From Bispira polyomma (lineage: Eukaryota): DNA of 64,000 nt. A model generated the notes under the pieces. The model had not been told where the DNA came from. It was given only the letters and a program-made list of their open reading frames with translations, and ran no database searches. The stretch is from contig OZ287756.1 in NCBI GenBank assembly GCA_965649765.1, positions 36,270,001-36,334,000 on the forward strand, written 5' to 3'. The first letter of the stretch is position 1, and every line of letters begins with the position of its first letter. This document shows positions 38,721-49,199 of the stretch, one piece after another. The position numbers and the translations under genes are program-made.

Positions 38721-40344
38721 GAATGCACAATCTATTCTCTGTTAGATTTATCTAATTGATGTTTTATTTATTCATCAGTGTTATACATACTTATGCCAGT
38801 CAAAGTTGTAAAATGGCTTCCTAAAAGTAACAGTTCCCAACAGTTATACTCCAATACAAATAATTAGTTGTAAAAGTGATAGTAATAATACAAAGTAAAT
38901 TTTAAAGTAAAATTATGAATTTTCTACTTGTTCGAATTTAAATCAGCTAGAAACTTTTTATAATTGCGGGGGGGGGGGGGGGGGGGGAATTTTTTACTAC
39001 AGAATTATTTGTTAACTTTATGTTCAAAACATTCTTTGTCCAACCCCATTTTGAAATAACCTTTAATTAAATGTACCTTCAATCAGAAATTTATTTTGTA
39101 TTGAAAATAGACACAACTAGAAAAAAAATTCACTGTGCTCATTTATTTTTGTGTTTTATAAATAGCTTTTGTTTAACAATGGATTAAGAATTTATAAACA
39201 CACTGAGGCTTGACTTTTACATTAGTAGGTAGTTGTAAGTGACAACTTGTAACCAATAAACCAAATATTACCATACAAAACAGTATATCAAATTATTCTA
39301 AACTCAATGTATAGCAGTATCATTGCCACATTACATCCGCTGCTAAGAAGCAATTTGAATATGATTAGTTTGTTATAATGTGTCTTAACATTATGACAAT
39401 TATTTGCATTAATAAACATTGTGTTTCACAAATTTGTGGGTCAGAGTTTGGGATGGATATCAATTACAGTGCCCACTAATACGTCATTCAGTTCCCTAAT
39501 GTGGAAGTATTGATAAAATAATAAGAAGTCGTGATGGATTGAGAAGACAGTAAAAGATAGAGTTTTGAGGTTTATTTTTCTGTACATATTATTCTCATGT
39601 ACAGGGTGTATACAATATATTTAAAAAATTTTAAATACATGTAAAATTTTAAATTAGCCCATACGGCTGATACAAGCCCACTAGTGCGAACATAACTTGT
39701 TAGAACAAATTAGTGAGTATCCATTAGTCCATAAACACGCAATTACCAATGTATAGTTCTAGCCATTTACACTGTCAGTATGTTATTCTTACTACGTGAA
39801 TACACCATATACATTCACAATATACTATGATAATAAAACCGCGTATTAAAATACTTTTGGCATATGCATAGGTCTAGCCATTGACCATATCACCATATTA
39901 TTTTTGTTATGTGTTAAAATAGTTAACATTTATCATACAGCCCACATATGGGTCTACCCCAGTAGTGTACCATAGTACATCATGCTACTGATTTACCTAG
40001 GTTATCATAATGGTCCTTAGGATCATGCTATACTATACGACTTTCATCAGCTCTTGTGAATGTCATATTTGTCAAAGTAATCTTGAATATATATAAATCT
40101 TGTCATATTGAAAGCTAACGCCCCCAGCGTTGGCGGCCTCAGTTCTGGGGTACCAGGCTGTTCACTACTATGGGATGGATGGGCGAGTATATAAGCCATC
40201 CCCCTTTCATATTCTCCCGCCTTTTACCGTTTGTCAGCAGAGCACTAGGGAAATTCAAATACTGTTTGGGTGGCAAAGAGAGTGTTTTATATTTTATACT
40301 GTTATATGGTTTTAGTTTTTTTAATTCAATATACACTCAAGTCA

Positions 40345-41366
40345 TGCCAAGTCAAAAGACTGTGTTTTGTCCGAAATGTTTGCAAAAACATGAGAGACCG
40401 GTTGGAAGAAACTGTCCGGTTAATATGCCTGATATCTCGGGTGAGGGAGTGGAGGTTGACGCTGGCTCCCATGAGGACTCGCTGGTTCATCCGAACGAGG
40501 CTGTATCTAGTGCTATACTACAGCAGTTACAATCACTTAGCCAGGAAGTCGAGAGGATGGATCGGCGAGTCCAGCAGACAGAGGCAGCGTTAGCAGCCAA
40601 CCTCACCAGTAGTAAGGCAAGTACCGTTCCTCCTAGCATTGCTCCTAGTGTTTCTAAAGAGCTAGTCTCTGCTGACGAAGGTAAAAGCCCACCTACTGGC
40701 CCAGATACTGTCGTTCCGAATTTATTAGTCAGAATGCTCAGATTCAGTTGCAAGTTGAACAGAGGTTAAAGGAACTCCGGTCTCTTAATGAAAACCCCTC
40801 AGGTAAAATTAAGTCTCAGAGAACTGGGGGAAACGAGGTTATTGTAAACAAGGCGGTCGAATGGCCCCAGAATTATGTGCTGACTGGCAGTTCAAAGACT
40901 CGCCCTAGTTACGACGACCTAACCCTTGTACAATGGGTTTGTGGCTTCACCTGGATCGCTCATGAGGAGAAGTCGACTGAAATTAAGAATGCTATGCTAG
41001 ATGGAGGACGCCCAAGATTTTTCGTGCGAGGCGGCGAAGGCCTGCCACACGGTAGTCCTAACCAATATGGAAATGGACCAGCTCGGGTAGTTGGATGTCA
41101 AGAAGGTCGACCGGATTCGCAGGGCACACGCCCAACGTCATGTAGGTGTGTCAAGATCTATTCATGGGGTGAATGGCCGTGCTGTGGGCACTGGCAGTAG
41201 TAAAACTAGTCAGAAAAAGTCGACACCTTGCAGGTTTTTCCAAGAAGAGACTTGCAAGTTCTCTAGCTCACATAATACAGGGGGGCAAATGTATAGGCAT
41301 AGTTGTGAAACTTATGGGGATAGTCATAAGACCAGTATGTGTAGCAAAAAGGAGGCAAAAAACTGA
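40345..41366 (+). pseudogene. Ngaro gag-like ORF1 (frameshifted)
   Basis: N-terminal CPKCLQKHERPVGRNC, coiled coil, WPQNYV core, C-terminal CRFFQEETC...H...H.C zinc fingers; split over three ORFs. Confidence 0.88.
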
Positions 41367-43875
41367 GGGGCCACTGCTTGGATGCAATGGATAAAAAGGT
41401 AAAAAATTTTAAGGTTTTAAATGGAACTGTCTATGGCACAGGCTTCAAAGATTTTCATTTGTTGGAGAAAAATGTGTATCAGAAAATGTGTAAATATATG
41501 AAGGTAAAAAGGCCTAATGTTAGTTATAGTGATGCTTTAAAAAGTACTGCTAGTACCAGAAAACCAATGTTTGTATATAGTACTGGACATACAGAAAGTC
41601 TGAGCCATAAGGGTGGGGTTGACAGGTTTAGCTCTGGAAATGTGACAAAGGGCAGATTTTGCCAACCACAAAAGGTTGGCAGAGATGAACTCAAGAATAA
41701 TGTTGACACCTCTGCTGCCACATCTATTCAAAGGTTTGAAAAGTTAACACCTGTAATTGGCACCTCCATTGAAGTGGCTAAGAAAGTGACACCTATTGTG
41801 AAGCGACCCCCATGCACAAAGCAACAGGGCATGGAAACAAAAGGTGTTAGAAAATTGATTCAAAGGGAGGGCGAAAAGAGCCGCGTCAATGAAGCTAACT
41901 GTGGCCTTCAGCTTAACAATCGGTTTTCCGCGTTGGTACAGATACCTGTGGAGGACAATGCAGTCATTGTGAGGGTCGTTCGCTTTAGTGACACGCCGAG
42001 TAACAATGGGGGCTTAGCAAAGCACCAACAGACAAGTACTTGCACAGAATGTGTTAATGAAAATGTTGAAACCTCTGATAAGTATTTGTGTGCTTTAAAG
42101 CACAAGAAAAATAAAAGGGAGTTGCTGCAGAAGGCGGCCTCGAATCAAACACACAAAAAATGGCAGGACCAGAGTAGTCATGCTTATGGATTTATTCCTC
42201 TCTCGGCTTTGGGCAGTGAGATTGCCGACCATGGTGGGGGAGGGCACGAACTATCCATATTACAAATGCATAAGAAACTACGTCTTGATGGTAGGCATAA
42301 TTATACTGGCCTCCAGATTCTTGTCCATTCTCAATTAAAAGCTGAAACGTGGGGAAAGTATTTATAAACATACTGGGATTGGCAACTGCCTCTCCTTATA
42401 AAATACGGATTCCCTCTAGATGTGTGTCGAAAAATTCGTACTGAGTCGAATGAAACTAACCATAAGTCGGCAGAGGAATTTCCTCAACATGTAGACGCCT
42501 ATATGAAGCAAGAATGTGGCTTTGGGGCAATGCTTGGTCCTTTCGACACTCCACCAATTCAGAATTTGCATTGTTCCCCCTTAATTACCAGACATAAACC
42601 CAACTCGATTAACAGACGTGTGATCGTGGACTTGAGTTGGCCTCAAGGGGCTTCAGTAAATGCAGGTGCTTCGTCGACTTTGTATCTGGGTGTCGATTTT
42701 TTACTGTCTTACCCTTCCATTGATCATTTTTTTGGGTAAGGGTTGTCAGATATTTAAAAAGGACGTGAGTAGGGCGTTTCGCCACGTCCCCATTGACCCT
42801 GGCGACATTGACCTCTTAGGGCTGAAGTGGAAATCTTACTATGTCGATAAATCGCTGCCGTTTGGTTATTTGAATGGCAGCACTATTTTTCAACGAATTT
42901 CGGATGCAGTGTGTTTCATAATGCACTCAGAAAATCATAATGTCCACAACTGTATCGACGATTTTTTATGTGTATCACTTCCCAGCAAAATTCAGGAAAC
43001 GTTCATAAGACTGCAAGAATTACTTGCTGAACTGGGTCTTACAGTTAGTCAGAAAAAATTGGTTCCACCCAGCACTGAGGTAGTCTGCTTAGGCATAATA
43101 ATTGACACAGTCAAATGCACAACTTCTATCCCATCTGAAAAAATGACAGAAATTCAGAGCAAGTGCAGGGATTGGGCTTCAAAAAATTATTATACCAAGA
43201 GAGAACTACAGTCCTTACTGGGGCTTTTGCTATATATCTCTAAATGTGTTAAATATGCTCGGGTTTTCTTGAATAGAATGTTGGAACTGCTACGAGATAA
43301 TCACAGTAAAAACAAATTGTAATAAGTGATGCATTCAGACGTGACTTAAATTGGTTTAGAACTTTTGCAGAGCAGTTCAATGGTGTTTCCTTTTTCTTAC
43401 ATAAACCCATATCAGGCGAGATACAATTGGATGCCTGCCTCACAGGCATGGGGGGGGGGGGATTTATGGAAATCAAGTGTACCAAATTAAAGTTCCTACA
43501 AGTATGACAGAGTATAATATAGCTTCTCTCGAAATGTTGAACATTTTGGTAGCAATGAAGTTATGGGTCCAAAAATGGAAGGGTCAGAGAATTTTATTAA
43601 AATGTGACAATGAGGCAGTAGTCAGTGTGTTACAGACAGGCCGTACTAGAGACCCCATATTGGCCACTTATACCAGAAACATATACATGTTAGCCAGTAA
43701 GTTTGACATTGAAATTGTTGTAGTCCATATTCTAGGTAGAGAAAATAAAGTGGCTGACTAACTTTCCAGATGGGCTGAGACAGAAAATAACCACCTATTA
43801 TTAAATCAACTGGCTGGACCAATTCAATGGCTTCCTGCCCCTGACAATTTACTTCATGTGAATACTCTTATATAG
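41364..43875 (+). pseudogene. Ngaro pol: long N-terminal region, RT and RNase H (disrupted)
   Basis: RRVIVDLSWP, DVSRAFRHVPI, LPFG, NCIDDF (decayed YxDD), DACLTGMG, IASLEM, CDNEAVV, HILGRENKVAD. Confidence 0.92.
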
Positions 43876-43893
43876 CAGGTTTTTCTTTTCCAG

Positions 43894-44877
43894 GCACTCA
43901 CCCTGTGGGTCTGGCTCTGATGAGACGGGCTTGTGATAGGCTGAACTCAGCTCTTACTCCTGCCACTAATAAAGCATATGACAGAATGTTCCGACAGTTC
44001 CTAGCTTTTGGAGCCTTTATGTCGTGGCCTCCCCTCAAGGTAACTGTGTTGCAAATTTTAGCATATTTAGAGTTTTTAAATTTCAATGGGGTTTCGGCCT
44101 CTCAGGTAGTAAATCACATCTTGGCTGTGAAGGCAAAATGTGTTATGTTTCATATAGATGTTCAAGTATTTTCTGATAAGAGAATTTCTTATTTCACTAA
44201 AGCCTTGGCCATGCATAGACCTTTACAAGCAAAATTGAAGTCAATTTTTTATGTGCACTTGCTTAGGGCTCTCATTAGTAAATGTGATAGTACTTACATG
44301 GGCCAAATTTTCAAGGCTGTTTATTTGACAAGTTTTTTTACATTTTTGCGTTTATCCAATCTGTGTCCTCATTCAATGGGGTCATACTCTCCTCTTAAGC
44401 AATCAGCTAGAGCTGATGTTTTATTTAAGCCAGGGTATGCAGTCATCATGGTTAAATGGTCTAAGACGCTGCAGAGAAATGATGCAGTTCGGTTGCTAAC
44501 CATCCCTAGTATACAAAATTCAACTCTTTGTCCTGTTCAGGCTTGAAAGCTGTGTTAGCCATCTCACCTAAAGGGAAAAATCTCCCATTATTTCAATTTA
44601 AACTCCAAGGCTCATGGGTTCCACTAACGGACACACGTGTGCGAAGGCACCTCAAAAATGTACTATCCTTACTTGGTACTCAATACTCTGGCTTGACCTT
44701 TCACGCCTTCCGACGTTCAGGTGCCACCTTTGCGTTTAACAATAATGTCAAGATTTAGGATATTCAGAAACAGGGCACCTGGACGTCGGATTGCGTGTGG
44801 CGTTACATCTCAGACTCTGCTGATGCTGGTACTCAAGTTGCAGATTCCTTTAAAGATGTCCTACAAAACACCTACTA
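43894..44877 (+). pseudogene. Ngaro tyrosine recombinase (frameshifted)
   Basis: FLRLSNL (catalytic R), WSKT, HAFRRSGA (HxxR), GTWTSDCVWRY (catalytic Y). Confidence 0.92.
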
Positions 44878-47800
44878 GTTTGGGGCTTTTTGGTCTAACT
44901 TAAAATTTTAGGCTTAAGATCTGTCAAAATAACACTAAATATTATACCTTTTTTGGGCATAAGGTCCCCCCCTTCATTATATTAGTACATATTGTACTCA
45001 AGTATCTAAAGTTCGACTTAAAACCCTAACTCAAACTTCAGACTAGCACAAATTTAAAGTTTAATCGCTTAAGTTTGCCCTTAAATTAAAATTTCTACAA
45101 AACTTAAACTCTTAACCTTAAACTCAAATCTTCTAAGTTTGGACTCAAAGTCAACTTTGGCAAACTTATACTCTTAAACTCATTGTACCTAAGGTCACCT
45201 TAACGTAAGCTTTGTATAAGCTCAAGGCCTTAAACTCACTTGAGTTAAGGGGACCTTATGCCCTCAACAGTATTACGTATTCTACAAAGAAACTGTATAT
45301 AAAACATACGTTAGTAGTAGAAATCATGTATACATAATAAAAGTATTTAACCGCAATCTTTTCTTACTATGTGTTGTTGGTTTAATATCTATCATTTGCC
45401 CACACACCGAGGAACTGTGAAAGCTAACGCCCCCAGCGTTGGCGGCCTCAATTCTGGGGTACCAGGCTGTTCACTACTATGGGATGGATGGACGAGTATA
45501 TAAGCCATCTCCCTTTCAAATTCTCCCGCCTTTTACCGTTTGTCAGCAGAGCACTAGGAAAATTCAAATACCCACCCTCCACTGTCCCTGGTGATAAATG
45601 TATATGATATACTTGCTAACTTATTAATGAAAAGCTACCTAGCCCGGGAGCTCTGACTCACAAATTTCTGCTTAAAAAAATTGTGTGTTATTTCAGATGT
45701 TAAGCAAGCTTCTCATGTAGATGTGCATGTTGCGTTTAACCTCTGTGGTATTCTCTGGAGCTGCATCGCGCTAGGACCTGGCCAGTTTGTCTGTGCTTCT
45801 AGTTGAGTGACTTCTATCTGTGTTTCATGAACAGTGATGGCAAACGATCGTGCCTGGGCCAGGTCCTCTCTGTATGGTGGTGGTGCATCTCTCTAGCTTT
45901 AGTATTATTGGAGCCTCAGTATTGTCTTCAGGATGCTTCAATGTATTACATGGAGCCTCAGTATTTCATGGAGCCTCAGTATCAAGATGGAGCCCCAGTA
46001 TTTCTGGAACAAGATTCCTGCAGATGTTGAGATTACATATTAAAATGACTGTCTATTTAAATAATTTATGTCACTGTAACTTCCCAACTGAGTTTTGTTT
46101 GTTTTTGGTTTTCTTGTTTTCACAAGCTAAGGGATCGTATTGGTCGATCACGTAAGGTGCTTGCAGACTGAGCTAGTAGGGAAGTTTCAAAATACAATTT
46201 TATTTTATATGCAGGACGGAATCTGGGTTTCAAGATGGCCGACTGGCAATGGTATCAGAATAGCGACTGGCCGGTGGGCTTACGTGATTTAAAGGCTGTA
46301 TTATATATGATTCTTTTAAGCATGATCCATTATATATTTAGTAAACTGTGATGTTCAGGCTTGCCTGTTTTATAAATCTATTTTAGTGGGAACCTGGTTT
46401 TCCTGTAACTTTTATACAATTACTAACGTTTTTAAAATTTTAGCAGTCTTTGTACTTGCAGTTCTTACATGTACCATGGTTAATTGATAAAGTGTTATAT
46501 ACATATACATACAACGACATACAGGTGGTCTAACTTAAAATTTTAGGCTTAAGATATGTCAAAATAACACTAAATATTATACCTTTTTTGGGCATAAGGT
46601 CCCCCCTTCATTATATTAGTACATATTGTACTCAAGTATCTAAAGTTCGACTTAAAACCCTAAGTCAAACTTTAGACTAACATAAATTTAAAGTTTAATC
46701 GCTTAAGTTTGCCCTTAAATTAAAATTTCTACCAAACTTAAACTCTTAACCTTAAACTCAAATCCTCTAAGTTTGGACTCAAAGTCAACTTTAGCAAACT
46801 TATACTCTTAAACTCATTGTACCTAAGGTCGCCTTAACGTAAGCTTTGTATAAGCTCAAGACCTTAAACTCACTTGAGTTAAGGGGACCTTATGCCCTCA
46901 ACAGTATTGCGTATTCTACAAAGAAACTGTATATAAAAAATACGTTAGTAGTAGAAATCATGTATACATAATAAAAGTATTTAACCGCAATCTTTTCTTA
47001 CTATGTGTTGTTGGTTTAATATCTATCATTTGCCCACACACCGAGGAACTGTGTGGTCGTAAATCTCCCATCTCCAACGAAACCACCACTATAGCTGGAA
47101 CCCGCTTCCTATGGCACCAAATCGCCTAGCGAAGAGAAGTTCCCGACTATAGAGCTGTACTCCTGCCCTGGTATCCCACACCAGGGGGTAGTTTACAAGA
47201 AGGGAACACAATCTTCACACAGACACGGGTTTGAGCTTATTAGTGGTGGCACGCGAGCTATATAGGTAATCATTTCCATAATGGAGGAGCAAAGGGGAAG
47301 GTGGAGGGAAACATAAAACTTTTTCCAGTGTTTACCAGAGTTTACTGGTTTCACATACTGGAATCAAAATGGTGCTTGAATCTGGGTAAGCAGAAGCCAA
47401 ATCAGCAGGGGGGTTTATTAGTGATTGGTTAGCCCAGTCACGGTTGAATGAAATAGTGAGGAACAAGAAAGGTTTTTTAAAATGGTAGATTTAAGTGGAT
47501 GGTGAACTGACACAGCAGTCCCCTAAAGTGGTCGTGCTAGTCATACTTCCTCTTTTTATGGGGCGAATGTCCACAAAAATCAAATTGGCCAATTAGATGA
47601 GTTGTCATTGACTTTTCTGACAGTCCAGGGATTGGTTTCTACTGGACAACCATTACATCTCACGGCTCATTAGTTTGTGCCGTCAGTTTAGGTTTGCTTT
47701 TCATGTCACAAAGGACTCCTTACGCATTGACTGGTCATATTAGGTGAATTAATGATGGGTATTCTTAATACCATTGACAGTACATAATAGTTATCACCCA

Positions 47801-48149
47801 TACTTTAAAGTTTCTGTTTAATAAGTGGATATTTTTATTTACTGAAGCAACAATAGTTTTGGTAAAGCTACACAGAAAAGCCTTTTTATGCTGATTTATT
47901 CTGTGAAAAACAAATGTGGTAGTAGACAGAGAAGAAAACTACTTTATCAATCAAATGAACTTGTATTGTGTATATGCAGCTGCATAAATAATTTACTAAT
48001 ACGCCTTTTTGGTGCTATTGAAATATGACAAGAAATCGTCAATTAGGAAGTGTCTGTAGCCACCAAAGCCACCAAAATTCCACTTTCTTGCTTTTATTAC
48101 ACAATATACTGAGGCGTCTCACTTTGTTATGCCCACCAATAAACCTTTT

Positions 48150-49150
48150 TACTCTTTTACTCTTAAAATACTAATTAGATTAGTACTGGCCTTTGTATAA
48201 GGGGGACTTACTTCCTTATTTTCAGAATGATTTGCCTTTGATTTCCTGATAATTTAGAATGGTTGTTGGTTTACTTTTATTGTAGGTCACAGCTCATTAG
48301 TTTGTATCTGCAGGCCTGGGTTTTCTATTTACTTTCACTGAATGAGTTTCTTTCTCCTCCAAACTCATAAACAGGAAACAAAACTAATTGTTGTACCTAA
48401 TTGCTGTGTTAGTATCAAAGATAACGTTCAATGGTAAGACTTTGTACTAGACACTATTTTAGTTATCAGGACTGTGATATATATTAGTTACATATTTTTA
48501 AAGTTAAATGCTCACTTTTTTGTAAGCATGTGTGGAAATTAAGGCTATACAATGTGTAGATATATTGTGTTTTGATGGCAACATATATAAATCTTTTTTT
48601 TAAAGACAGATTTATTTAATGCCAAACAGAGTGTCAACAAGTAAACAGCTTTCTATGCCACATAAGTGATGTTTTGGTTGGCTGTGGTCGACCTCTCAGC
48701 ACTGATCAATACAAAAGCCTTCTCTTTGAGTAAAATAAAAGTTACACAATTAAAGTGAGACTAATACTACTTCTGGCTATGGTGAACCACCGATAATACA
48801 GAGTCACCTTTATGAGTAAAATGAAAATTAAACAATTCAAGTGCACCTAATACCACCAGGCAGCAACGTCTCAGTTTAATGAGCCAGTTGGGTTCAGATG
48901 AGATGTGTCAAGAGCTTGCTGATGTAGTTCACTGTAGTGTTACAACAGAAAAAAAACCTATTGCAGTTTACAGACACCACACAGTGGTAAAACTTTTATC
49001 TGGTTCTGTTTCTATTAATGATATTGACAAAGATGCAACATTATTTTAACGACTTAACTTTAACAGTTATATATTCTTAGTCACCATTCAAAGACATAGG
49101 TGATTCCTGCAGTTAATTGCTGTTTTTTTAATGTCAAATGTTATACTTGA
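48150..49150 (-). pseudogene. Decayed LRR ectodomain relic R6 (paralog of R3)
   Basis: 48215-48330 resembles 32100-32230, and 48600-48720 resembles 32540-32680. Confidence 0.45.
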
Positions 49151-49199
49151 GATTGTGTTAAAACCTAGTAGGTGAAAATATTTACCAATCAAGAAAGAT

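Larger units (their letters stand above)
40109..47053 (+). mobile_element. Ngaro-type tyrosine-recombinase (DIRS order) retrotransposon, full-length with split direct repeats, ORFs disrupted
   Basis: A1 40109-40262, then gag, pol (RT/RNase H) and YR, then B1 44891-45419, A2 45418-45571, spacer, B2 46526-47053. No integrase, protease or methyltransferase motifs were seen. Confidence 0.95.

Noticed and set aside
45000-45250. Telomeric repeat (ccctaa-like words) in the B repeat
   Set aside because: Only one exact CCCTAA; the words are irregular CTTAA/CTCAA variants better explained by hairpin structure.
40109-47053. Classification as an LTR retrotransposon or DIRS1-type element
   Set aside because: No integrase, protease, inverted terminal repeats or methyltransferase; split direct repeats plus YR indicate the Ngaro type.
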